DNA from: a candidate division WOR-3 bacterium
GTDB lineage: Bacteria > Hydrothermota > Tepidihabitantia > B3-TA06
NCBI GenBank assembly: GCA_965649265.1
Contig: CBFGKC010000009.1
Location: 54,869-118,868 of the forward strand
Direction of reading: 5' to 3'
Length of the DNA stretch: 64,000 nucleotides
Shown here: piece by piece, positions 18,894 through 27,709 of the stretch
Layout: each line of letters starts with the position of its first letter
Position numbering within the stretch: position 1 is the first letter of the stretch
Translations under genes and position numbers: made by a program
Notes under the pieces: generated by a model
What the model saw: the letters and a program-made list of their open reading frames with translations, nothing else
Database searches by the model: none
Told to the model about the DNA's origin: nothing

Positions 18894-20111
18894 TTAGAAC
18901 GATTCCAGACCCCAGTAGGTTCTTTGCGGCCTGGACGTGCTGATAATTCCAAAAGTGAAAGGATCGGCCCATTGTAAACGGGATGTGCCCAGAAGCGTCT
19001 CCTGCCTGGGTTTTGATTTATTGTCCGAATCCGAGTAGATTAAAGTGAAAGACGCGTAGGCCGGTGAATATTCATATCCGAATTCGGACCACGGTATAGC
19101 AAGCTCGATATTTACGCCCTTCTGGGTCTTTGAAAACCCGGCCTTCACAAAAACTCGTGGATCTGAGTTCTCGGGCAGCCAGCGCTCGAGCATGGGTTTT
19201 GCAGCCGTTATCTCGGCCAGGGCAATCTGCGAAACGTATGGATCCTTGATCCTGTTCCATTCTTCAGGGTAATAATCATTCTCCTCCCGCGCCAGCGTGG
19301 TGAGCTTGTCAATCCAGAGTTCAAGGTGATCCGAGGTCATCAAATCCTCTGCTTTCGAGGGTTTGATGTATGAATCATCGGTTATCTCGACGAAAAGGTA
19401 GAGACAGTCATCGTCATACAGAGACCGGACGGACATCCATGCATCACCCTCCCCCTCCCAGGAATTCCTGCCGTAGGTTATCCAGCAGGTATCGAGTACC
19501 CTAGCGTTTTTCCAGGCATCCTCGTCGTACGCGCCGTCAAGAATGACCACGCCGCCGGCTCTGTCGGCGTAAATCGTGGCATATTCGGCGCTGACCTCCA
19601 CGTCGTCCCAGATTTTCTCCACGTGACCTATACCGGTTTCGAAATCGAACGACGTGGCCGAGCCAAGCCCTGCGATTCCTCCGGAACCGTTCGCGCAGGT
19701 GTAGAATTGACGCTTCTCCGCATCCCAGCTAAGATCCCACTCGTTCCACTGGTTCATTACGCCGCGGTGCTGGAATATGATGAGCGTGCCCTCGTTGAAC
19801 TCTATCTCGACGTGCGTTCCGTAGTCCGATTCGTCGGGAAGAAGCTGATCTACCACGCGCTCGAGGCCCTTCTTGCCGCCAAGAAGAACAAGCACCCTGT
19901 TGGTCATGTTCTCGATTTCACCGAGTTCGGGGTCAACCTTGTAGTAACAGAGCGCCGCATCCTCCAGGCCGTCGGAGTTGAAGTCGCCCGTGGCAACGCT
20001 CTCCTCGTCAACGCTCCAGCCCTTGGGAACATGCCGTTGTGCGTCTTTGACTATATCGGCTGAAACAGCGGTTGCGGCAAGCGCCGCGAAAAGTATGAAC
20101 AATTTTTTCAA
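18894..20111 (-). CDS. Secreted protein with C-terminal CBM9/DOMON-like sugar-binding domain
   Basis: GGAGG RBS then TTG signal peptide; LDG..DE.AW, YDDDCLYLFVEITDD, DHLELWID, ELAIPWSE motifs. Confidence 0.7.
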   Translation of the reverse strand: MKKLFILFAALAATAVSADIVKDAQRHVPKGWSVDEESVATGDFNSDGLEDAALCYYKVDPELGEIENMTNRVLVLLGGKKGLERVVDQLLPDESDYGTHVEIEFNEGTLIIFQHRGVMNQWNEWDLSWDAEKRQFYTCANGSGGIAGLGSATSFDFETGIGHVEKIWDDVEVSAEYATIYADRAGGVVILDGAYDEDAWKNARVLDTCWITYGRNSWEGEGDAWMSVRSLYDDDCLYLFVEITDDSYIKPSKAEDLMTSDHLELWIDKLTTLAREENDYYPEEWNRIKDPYVSQIALAEITAAKPMLERWLPENSDPRVFVKAGFSKTQKGVNIELAIPWSEFGYEYSPAYASFTLIYSDSDNKSKPRQETLLGTSRLQWADPFTFGIISTSRPQRTYWGLESF

Positions 20112-20231
20112 CTTAATTCCTCCATACGTGTAATCGGAATAATATTGTGGATTTGCATTTTTGCAAGCTTCTTGAACGTGGACGCTTGACAAATGCTATT
20201 TAAGGGCTTATTCTTTTACAAAGGAGGCAGC

Positions 20232-20768
20232 GTGAAAAAAATCATTATCTCCCTTGCGATAATTTTATCGGCGGCGTGCGGAAAGGAGAGCAAGGTTGCA
20301 GATACCTGGCTCAGCCTTGATAACTATTCGATAGACATCAATGCGGATTCCACAACGACCGAGGTGAAGGTCCCCCCCTCCGTGCGCGTGACCGCGGACG
20401 ACACACTCTTCAAGGGCACTCTTAAGCTCACCCTTCGCTACCCGAAGGCCGACAAGCGCGCAGACCTTGGATTGATAAGCATCTTCTCACAAACCGAGAC
20501 GAAGGTTGACCTGCCGAAGGCGAAGTTCGACGTCTCGTACCTTTTGCTCGATACGTTGATCGAGGACAAGGGATTCGATAACCCCCTCATCGAGAAAGGA
20601 GCCTGGGCAGGCGGCTGGCTGTATACCCTCAATCCCGGCCAGGAAGTTAAACTCAAGATTGAGGGCGCCGGCCGGGCAAAGCTCGTGGTCGTGCGAACGA
20701 GGATTTACGCGGAGGACGGCAAGACGCTCCTGGCAAGGTACCTGCACGGGTTCGAGATAGGAGAGTGA
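20232..20768 (+). CDS. Hypothetical lipoprotein
   Basis: TTGACA-N17-TATTCT promoter, AAGGAGG RBS, GTG start, lipobox SAAC. Confidence 0.7.
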   Translation: MKKIIISLAIILSAACGKESKVADTWLSLDNYSIDINADSTTTEVKVPPSVRVTADDTLFKGTLKLTLRYPKADKRADLGLISIFSQTETKVDLPKAKFDVSYLLLDTLIEDKGFDNPLIEKGAWAGGWLYTLNPGQEVKLKIEGAGRAKLVVVRTRIYAEDGKTLLARYLHGFEIGE

Positions 20769-21625
20769 TGGTAGTTGAAGAAAGAAGCTTCATACCTATA
20801 GGAAACACTCTTAAAGAAATATACGAAGAAATTGCCAAACATTTTTCCTTTCCTAACGAAGTCTTTGAAGAGTTTCTAGAAGCGTCGTTAGATACTGCTT
20901 TCATCACGTATCTTTCTGTATTCCATTTAATTACACCTAACGCAAGTTATGTGTTACAAGCTAATTTGTTGACAAGGTTTTTGATGGAAATTCTTTTTAA
21001 CCTCGTCTTCATTATTCAAGACCCTGAAAGAAGAATAGAATGGTTCGGAAAAGTTCAATTCAAGAACATTACTGAAGAACTACTTCTTACAGAAAGGAAG
21101 TGGTTTGATGCCACCCCAGAAAGTAAAAAAAGTTTGGAGGAGTTGAAAGAAAATCAAGCCTACTTGGTGACAACTTTTCACGTTACACCAGAGGAACAAC
21201 AAAACTTGCGTAAAATAGATATGTGGCCTACTCCATACAAAATGCTTAAAGAAAGCGAACGGAAGAAATACTGGCAAGGAAAAACTGAAAAAGACTTGGA
21301 ATTTCTTCTATTCATTCTTCATCATTTATACGGTCAAGTCTCTGAACTAACACATGGACAAGTTGGTGCATTATCCTATGTGATAAGAATTAAACATTTT
21401 CCTTTAAGCGAACAGGAAAAAGCAAGCACCATGACTACGCCTTGCATGGAAAGTGCGGTTTTCCTACTTTCAATTATGTCTGAGATAGCTTCAATCAAAA
21501 AGATAAACATCAATAATCAATTACAGAAAGCTTGGCTTCTACTAAGTGGATACCGGAACGACATTGACGAACTCATAGAACTTCGGTACAACCATTTCGT
21601 CGAAAACTCTACCGAGCCAACCTAA
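20765..21625 (+). CDS. AT-rich hypothetical protein, DUF5677-like
   Basis: ANLLTRFLME and LYGQVSELTHG motifs; visibly AT-richer than flanks. Confidence 0.6.
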   Translation: MMVVEERSFIPIGNTLKEIYEEIAKHFSFPNEVFEEFLEASLDTAFITYLSVFHLITPNASYVLQANLLTRFLMEILFNLVFIIQDPERRIEWFGKVQFKNITEELLLTERKWFDATPESKKSLEELKENQAYLVTTFHVTPEEQQNLRKIDMWPTPYKMLKESERKKYWQGKTEKDLEFLLFILHHLYGQVSELTHGQVGALSYVIRIKHFPLSEQEKASTMTTPCMESAVFLLSIMSEIASIKKININNQLQKAWLLLSGYRNDIDELIELRYNHFVENSTEPT

Positions 21626-21643
21626 GGGTCAACCCCTACGACG

Positions 21644-21734
21644 CCCTCACCCTACCCTCTCCCAAAGGTAGAGGGATTCCCTTTTCCTCGCCCTTCGGGA
21701 GAGGATGACGCTCTGGGAGAGCGTTAGGTGAGGG
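21644..21734. repeat. REP-like palindromic doublet of the CCCTCACCC..CCCTCTCCC..GAGGG type
   Basis: CCCTCACCCTACCCTCTCCCAAAGGTAGAGGG ... CCTCGCCCTTCGGGAGAGG ... GGTGAGGG. Confidence 0.7.
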
Positions 21735-21747
21735 AATCTCTTCGATC

Positions 21748-21780
21748 AAATTTGAGGCCGCCTTTCGGCGGCCTCAAATT
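21748..21780. terminator. Bidirectional terminator-like hairpin
   Basis: AAATTTGAGGCCGCC-TTTC-GGCGGCCTCAAATT between convergent genes. Confidence 0.7.
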
Positions 21781-21820
21781 TCGTGCAATCTTTTCGCGGC
21801 AAGCGAAAAGGAACATCTCC

Positions 21821-23320
21821 CTATTTGTTATGCTCCTTCTCGAAAGGGCATCCGCCGCAGCCTGTTGGCGATGGGTTTTCCTTGCAACCTGAGGAGGGAG
21901 GTGAGGAAGGCTTTTCGTGTTCACAGCCTTCAGGGATGTGCTTACCCTGCACCCACTTTATAAGAGCGGGAATAAAGCAAGGCGTGAACTCCTTCGGAAG
22001 GGTCGCGTATTCGCTTATTGCCCCGGTTATCGCGGACTGGAAAAGATGATTGGCCTGGCAGCAAACCTTGATTGTGTAGTTGGTCTTGCCTGCGTCTCTG
22101 AAGGTTTCGACGAGCGCTACTGAATCCATCTCGGCTGGAACCTGCAAATCGTACCTGCCGTAAAGCGCAAGCACACGCGCGCGAATCTTTGCAAGATCGG
22201 GCCTCGGGTCGTAGTCGAGGAAGAACCGGAACCACGGCGATTCGAGCACCTTGATTTGCGCGTCCATCTGCTTGTCCACGAATGCGTTCACGTTGCCGAA
22301 CTGCTTGCGCTCCTTGGGGGGCATCGCCTTGATTTCGGCAATCAGTTCCTTGCGGATTTCGGCCTCAAGCTTCTGGTCAATGCCTTCGGGAGTTCGCAGC
22401 GCCGCGTAGATGCGCTTCTGGAGTTCTGCGGCTTTCTTGATTTTTTCTTCAGGAACAGCCTGTGATTTCATAATGAGCTCCTGCTGCGCCAGAAGTATCT
22501 CTTCGCCCGGAACCGCCGGCCCCGCCATGAGAATGACGAACGATATCGTGGGATTTTCTTTGGCGACCATCGCGGCAATCAGTCCGCCCTCGCTGTGACC
22601 GAGGATACCGACCTTCTTGGTGTCCACTTCAGGTCGCGCCATGAGGAAGGCGAGCTGGGCTCTTGCGTCTTCGGCGAAATCGCTGGTGGTGACGCTGTCC
22701 AGAGAACCTGTGGATTTCGCGAAACCGCGGTCATCGCATCTTAATACGACTATCCCGTGGCGCGTGAGGGAGTCGGCGATTATCCCGAATATCTTGAAAC
22801 CGAAGACCTCTTCGTTGCGATCCTGCGCTCCGCTTCCGGTTATAAGGACCACTGCGGGGTGTTTGAGAGTGTCAGGCGGGAGGGTGAGGGTCCCGGCAAG
22901 CGTAACCTGGTCGTTAACCTTGATAGAGACCTCTTCCTCTCTGTAGGGAGGGGGGGTGGGTGCTTCTTCCTTGACGCGCACGAGGTAGAAGGTGCCCCTG
23001 GCTGGTCCCTGCTTGAAGGGACCCTTGATGCTGTCGCCCGCCAGTTCGGCATCGCCGAAAACGGCGGTAGTCGCACCGGCGTTTAGCTCGAAGTACGCTT
23101 TGTTATCTTTGAAGGAGATATTCTGCAAAGCGAGTCCCTTTGCGTTCTGCTGCGGGATGTCGATTGTACCGGTGAATTTGTCACCGGATTTTTGAATATT
23201 GACGAGCATTCCGAGTTCCACGGATTGAATCTTGATGGCCCCTTGCCAGGCTCCCTCGATTGACGACTGGGCAAACACTGTTGCCGCAAGGCATGTAAGA
23301 ACTGCAATCATTTTACGCAT
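21821..23320 (-). CDS. Secreted alpha/beta hydrolase (serine peptidase/esterase family)
   Basis: Signal peptide, LAGTLTLP, ITGSGAQDRNE, GHSEGG nucleophile, DLQV, NHLFQ. Confidence 0.88.
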   Translation of the reverse strand: MRKMIAVLTCLAATVFAQSSIEGAWQGAIKIQSVELGMLVNIQKSGDKFTGTIDIPQQNAKGLALQNISFKDNKAYFELNAGATTAVFGDAELAGDSIKGPFKQGPARGTFYLVRVKEEAPTPPPYREEEVSIKVNDQVTLAGTLTLPPDTLKHPAVVLITGSGAQDRNEEVFGFKIFGIIADSLTRHGIVVLRCDDRGFAKSTGSLDSVTTSDFAEDARAQLAFLMARPEVDTKKVGILGHSEGGLIAAMVAKENPTISFVILMAGPAVPGEEILLAQQELIMKSQAVPEEKIKKAAELQKRIYAALRTPEGIDQKLEAEIRKELIAEIKAMPPKERKQFGNVNAFVDKQMDAQIKVLESPWFRFFLDYDPRPDLAKIRARVLALYGRYDLQVPAEMDSVALVETFRDAGKTNYTIKVCCQANHLFQSAITGAISEYATLPKEFTPCFIPALIKWVQGKHIPEGCEHEKPSSPPSSGCKENPSPTGCGGCPFEKEHNK

Positions 23321-23410
23321 TGAATATCCTCCGTTTGTTGGATTCATTTACATCTTTTGCTTGAGTATACTCATTATTACGAGACACTCAACATTTTATA
23401 TTATCAACAG

Positions 23411-23434
23411 AAAGGCCGGCTCCAGCCGGCCTTT
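23411..23434 (-). terminator. Terminator-like hairpin after rnfB
   Basis: AAAGGCCGGC-TCCA-GCCGGCCTTT. Confidence 0.6.
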
Positions 23435-23457
23435 GAAATTTCACGAGCTGATGGTTA

Positions 23458-24468
23458 TCAGACGACTGCTTTCGCACCCGCCTTTGAGGGAACGAAGCAG
23501 GCCTTTGTGGGACAAGCCTTGATGCATTCCTCGCAGCCCACGCAGTTGGCTTCGACGACCTTGTGGATCGCTCCAGCCTCGCCCTCTATGGCTTTGAACT
23601 TGCAGACCTCGAAGCACTTGTGATGCCCCTTGCATTTTGCGACATCTATCTCGGTCTTCGGCCTGGGTGCGGCAAAGTCGACATACGCGCTCTTCGTCGG
23701 ACACTTCTGGTAACATATTCCGCAGTCGACGCACTTTTCTAGATTCATGACCGGCAGGTTGTTGACCATCTCGAGCGCGCCGTAAGGACACATTTTGACG
23801 CAGATCGAACAGGCATGACAGCCTATCTTGCAAACGTCGCGAACGGCCTTGCCCTTGTCGGCGGAATTGCACGCAAGAAAGACCTGCTTGGAAAGTGGTA
23901 CGAGTCTTAGGACGCTCTTCGGACAAGTTTTAACGCAGATTCCGCAAGCGGTACACTTTTCGCGGTCGACTACGGGAAGACCTTTCGGCCCCATGTGAAT
24001 GGCGTCGAACGGACAAACCGTCGTGCAGTCGCCGAAACCGAGGCAGCCGTAAGCGCACGCCTTTGTGCCTCCGCCCACAAGATTGGCCGCGCGGCAGGTG
24101 GGAATTCCCTTGTAATCGGCGGACTGGGCTACTATGTCGGAGCCGCCCTGACAAAGAAGGAATGCAACCCTGGGCTCTCCGCCTTCGACCTCGACACCCA
24201 TTATCTTGCCTATCTTTTCGGCAACGGATGCACCGCCGACAGGGCAGGCGTCTGGAGGAGCGTCACCCCTTGCCACGGCCGCCGCGTAGGCGTCGCAGCC
24301 CGGATAAGAGCAGCCGCCGCAGTTGGCTCCGGGAAGAACCGAGCGAACCTTCGCCTCAAGCGGGTTAGGCTGGACAAGAAAAACCCTGTTGGCAAGAATT
24401 AACATAAGCACGAGCAGCACGCCGAGCCCGCCCATCACCGCCGCAGCTATCCAGAGAATCGTAATCAT
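23458..24468 (-). CDS. rnfB: Rnf complex subunit B, long polyferredoxin form
   Basis: N-terminal TM, LPGANCGGC..GC, CPVGG, CAYGCLGFGDC and multiple CxxCxxCxxxCP motifs. Confidence 0.93.
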   Translation of the reverse strand: MITILWIAAAVMGGLGVLLVLMLILANRVFLVQPNPLEAKVRSVLPGANCGGCSYPGCDAYAAAVARGDAPPDACPVGGASVAEKIGKIMGVEVEGGEPRVAFLLCQGGSDIVAQSADYKGIPTCRAANLVGGGTKACAYGCLGFGDCTTVCPFDAIHMGPKGLPVVDREKCTACGICVKTCPKSVLRLVPLSKQVFLACNSADKGKAVRDVCKIGCHACSICVKMCPYGALEMVNNLPVMNLEKCVDCGICYQKCPTKSAYVDFAAPRPKTEIDVAKCKGHHKCFEVCKFKAIEGEAGAIHKVVEANCVGCEECIKACPTKACFVPSKAGAKAVV

Positions 24469-24471
24469 GAT

Positions 24472-25089
24472 TTAAATCCCGAAAAGGTTGGCAAAGCCGA
24501 AGAAAGCCAGCGACACGAGCGAAGCAGCGATGAACGCTATCGGATATCCCTTGAAAGATTTGGATATCGGTGCAAGTTCAAGGCGCTCGCGCAGTGCAGC
24601 AAAAAGAATCATAACGAGCCCAAAACCCAATCCCGTGCCTACGGCGAAAACGGTTCCCTGAATGAAGGTGAAGCTGCTGTCAATCACGATAAAGGCCACA
24701 CCGAGAATGGTGCAGTTCGTGGTAATAAGGGGGAGGTAGATGCCTAGCGCCGAGTAAAGAACAGGCACGTACTTCTTTAAAAACATCTCCAGAAGCTGAA
24801 CCAGCGCCGCTATGACAAGAATGAAGCTCAGGGTCCGAAGGAACACGAGCCCTCCGGGAAGCAGACTCCCGAGGAGCAGCGAGTGTGGAGCGAGCGCAAG
24901 ATAATAGATTCCCCAGGTTATCCAGGTCGCCATGACCATTACGAAAAGAACTCCCCCGCTCATGCCCACGGCGGTCGAGAGCCTTGTGGATACACCGAAG
25001 AACGGGCAGAACCCGAGGAAGCGGATGAGGACGATGTTGTTTACGAATATCGCACCTATGAGGATTGCAATCAAAGAACCGGGTGCCAT
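24472..25089 (-). CDS. rnfA: Rnf complex subunit A
   Basis: VNNIVL..FLGFCPFFGVS, LGIYLPLITTNC, LRERLE. Confidence 0.95.
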   Translation of the reverse strand: MAPGSLIAILIGAIFVNNIVLIRFLGFCPFFGVSTRLSTAVGMSGGVLFVMVMATWITWGIYYLALAPHSLLLGSLLPGGLVFLRTLSFILVIAALVQLLEMFLKKYVPVLYSALGIYLPLITTNCTILGVAFIVIDSSFTFIQGTVFAVGTGLGFGLVMILFAALRERLELAPISKSFKGYPIAFIAASLVSLAFFGFANLFGI

Positions 25090-25091
25090 AT

Positions 25092-25775
25092 CTAACCTAC
25101 CCTGTTGAAAATTTTATTTATGCCGGCCTTGAGCAACCCTATCACGAAGAATGCGCCAGGAGCAAGCCCGAAGAAGAGAATGGGATTCTCCTGAAAGCCC
25201 TTGGGCATTACCGGCATTTTGAACCATGTTCCTTTACCTAAAAGTTCGCGGATAGTTCCCATAAGGACGATAGCCACCGCAAAACCCAGCGACTTGTTGA
25301 CGCCGTCAAGGAATGAGCCCCAGACCCCGTTAGTGTAGGCGTAGGCCTCGGCTCTTCCGAGTATAATGCAGTTGACGACGATCAAGGGAACGAAGATGCC
25401 CAGAACCCTATAAAGCGCAGGCTGGTAGGCTTGCATCACGTAGTCGATTATGGTTACGAAGGTGGAGATGATGACGATGAATACAGGGATGCGAACCTCA
25501 TTCGGTATGACCTTGCGAAGCAGAGAAATAACAACGTTTGAGAGAACGAGTACGAACAGCACCGCGGCGGACATGCCCGCGGCATCGAACGCCGTTCCCG
25601 AGGTGGCCAGGGTGGGACAGAGACCGATCATGAGAATGAGTACGGGGTTGTCGATAATTATGTCCTTGAAGAACTTGGCTAACCCAGACTCACCCTTCGG
25701 CTTTTCGAGCACTGCAACCTGCTCAGCGCCCTCCTGGAGGGCGAGCGTTTCTTGGGATTCAGCTTGGGTGTTCAT
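25092..25775 (-). CDS. rnfE: Rnf complex subunit E
   Basis: NPVL...GLCPTLA, IPNEVRIP, PLIVVNCIILGRAE, IRELLG.GT. Confidence 0.95.
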   Translation of the reverse strand: MNTQAESQETLALQEGAEQVAVLEKPKGESGLAKFFKDIIIDNPVLILMIGLCPTLATSGTAFDAAGMSAAVLFVLVLSNVVISLLRKVIPNEVRIPVFIVIISTFVTIIDYVMQAYQPALYRVLGIFVPLIVVNCIILGRAEAYAYTNGVWGSFLDGVNKSLGFAVAIVLMGTIRELLGKGTWFKMPVMPKGFQENPILFFGLAPGAFFVIGLLKAGINKIFNRVG

Positions 25776-25785
25776 ATCGGGGTGA

Positions 25786-25813
25786 AGTATACGCCCTGTG
25801 GAAGTATTGTCAA
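25786..25813 (-). promoter_or_regulatory. sigma70-type promoter of rnfEAB
   Basis: TTGACA-N16-TATACT, 10 nt from ATG, no SD. Confidence 0.7.
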
Positions 25814-25917
25814 GAATCAGGATGATCGAGACCCCTCACTGCAAGTTACGTTATTACTAGACTAATTTGTCGATTCAGTACGACACAAAACTTAGAAGGC
25901 TGCGTCCAGGGAAGGTT

Positions 25918-26098
25918 TCTGAGGACGGCTGAGGAGTGCTGAGGGGGCTGAGGGGGGCAGGAGGAGGGCTGAGGGAGGGCGGCGACATCGAATGTCGCTT
26001 GTCGAACTTCGTTCGACCGGAAGGTTCATGGGTATTTTTTAAGAGAAAATGTGAAGGGTGTTACTGAGGGGGGCTGAGGGGGGCTGAGGAGGGCTGAG
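25918..26098. repeat. Motif B tracts (GAGGAGGGCT, about 10-bp period) flanking two hairpins, with one motif A (GGGTGTTAC)
   Basis: Tracts 25918-25980 and 26064-26098; hairpins GCGACA..TGTCGC (25982-25998) and GTCGAAC-TTC-GTTCGAC (26001-26017). Confidence 0.8.
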
Positions 26099-26133
26099 TA
26101 TTGACCTCCAGTTTAATTAGAGTAAGATAGGTG

Positions 26134-26970
26134 ATGCGTAAGTACTTATCGATACTTTCAATAACAGGGCTCGTGCTGGGATTTGCGGGGTGCACGAGTT
26201 TCGACCCTGATGCCGCAGAAAAAGAGATCCGAAGCCTGGTCCAGGCCGATACCGGCCGTATGCTCCTTTCCGGGGTGTCCCTTGAAATAGATATTCCTTC
26301 AGCGGATTCGGTGAGTGCCGACAGCCAGTGGCTTGTAACCGGTATAAGTATCTCGACTGACTTCGAATCAGAGACCCTTGGCGTATATTTCAACGAGGAG
26401 ATAAAGAATGATACATCCGTGACAGTCGGCGATTCGGCGCTCGTACTCGTGGAACGCTTTTACAAAGGGACTCTTATTTCTACCCTTACGCCCAAATCAG
26501 GAGGGTCATCGACCGAGGTTACAAAAAATTTCGGGACGAGGAGACAGCAGTGGAGCGAGTATGTAAACGCGGAAGGCTGGAGCGCGCTCGCTTATTCTTT
26601 TGCCGACGAACGATCGGATACCAATACGACTCAGATATTCTCCCTGGGCATCAAGTCGACCAGCCTTGACACAACAATTGACTCACCAGGCTATCTGGCG
26701 TTTGAAAACGAGCTGCCCTCGATAGCCAAGGGTTCGACGCTCACATTGTCTTTGCGGACCGCGAGCGACACCAACGAGATAGTCTGCCTTGCCAAGGGCG
26801 GAGAAGTGGCGAGGTTTTTGCCTCAGGAGGGCCAGGCCAAGCGCTGGCAGGCCGAGATCACTCTGGATTCCTCACCGCTCATCGTATGCATAATCAAGAA
26901 AGATGCCCTCGCGGAATCCTCGTATCCCGCCGACATTGACATCTGGTTGATTCCCGTGCGCATGAATTAG
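26134..26970 (+). CDS. Hypothetical lipoprotein
   Basis: Lipobox FAGC; TTGACC-N16-TAAGAT-N5-ATG. Confidence 0.7.
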   Translation: MRKYLSILSITGLVLGFAGCTSFDPDAAEKEIRSLVQADTGRMLLSGVSLEIDIPSADSVSADSQWLVTGISISTDFESETLGVYFNEEIKNDTSVTVGDSALVLVERFYKGTLISTLTPKSGGSSTEVTKNFGTRRQQWSEYVNAEGWSALAYSFADERSDTNTTQIFSLGIKSTSLDTTIDSPGYLAFENELPSIAKGSTLTLSLRTASDTNEIVCLAKGGEVARFLPQEGQAKRWQAEITLDSSPLIVCIIKKDALAESSYPADIDIWLIPVRMN

Positions 26971-26984
26971 CGCTTAAAAGGGAT

Positions 26985-27707
26985 CTATTCGATGAGGGAA
27001 TCGGGGGCGTGCAGGTGGTAACTCGCGTAACGGCGAATGAGTTTTGAAATGACTGCCGGGAATTGCCCGGGGAGAGCTGAAAACCCGGAAGGGGGCGATT
27101 CGGAAATCATATTAAGCAGGACGCTCTCCGATTGAGTGAGATTGATAACTCCCTTCTCCTCGGTCGCGTGTTCCGGACAGAGAAAGCCGCCAGCGGGAAT
27201 AGAGAACTTTCGTGCGGCTCCCCTGCCGCACACGACGCATCCTTGCATGATACTCGGCGGGTAGCCGCTTACGGCTGCGGCCCTCCAGATGTAGAACTCG
27301 AAAAGCGAGTTCGAGACGCTGCCCTTTTCCAGGGTTCTCAGAACGGCGATAGTCAGGTTATACAGGCCTGAATTCGCTTCTCCGGGCTGGGAAAGATGGG
27401 TGAGAAACCTGAGTATCCTGCCCAGAAGAAACAATTTTTCAGAATCCTCCCGCACGCTCTGGTGAGACTCGATGATATCGACCGCCGAAAGAGTCCAAAG
27501 ACTCCTCTCCTCCCTTTCGTAGTATATGAATTCGGCCAGTGTTCCCGGTTCAAGGCCCGCGCCGAAGCGCGAACCGGGTTTTCGCGCACCATGAGCGAGC
27601 ACGTCTATCCTGCCGCCCTCCCGGACAAGCAAAGTCGCTATCTTTGATGATTCGTGGAAAGGTCTCGATTTCAGAACCAATCCTTCACAGCGAACGAGCC
27701 TGGACAT
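26985..27707 (-). CDS. recO: DNA repair protein RecO
   Basis: EGLVLK..PFHESSKI, AHGARKP.SRF, CxxC..GGFLC zinc motif. Confidence 0.9.
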   Translation of the reverse strand: MSRLVRCEGLVLKSRPFHESSKIATLLVREGGRIDVLAHGARKPGSRFGAGLEPGTLAEFIYYEREERSLWTLSAVDIIESHQSVREDSEKLFLLGRILRFLTHLSQPGEANSGLYNLTIAVLRTLEKGSVSNSLFEFYIWRAAAVSGYPPSIMQGCVVCGRGAARKFSIPAGGFLCPEHATEEKGVINLTQSESVLLNMISESPPSGFSALPGQFPAVISKLIRRYASYHLHAPDSLIE

Positions 27708-27709
27708 TT

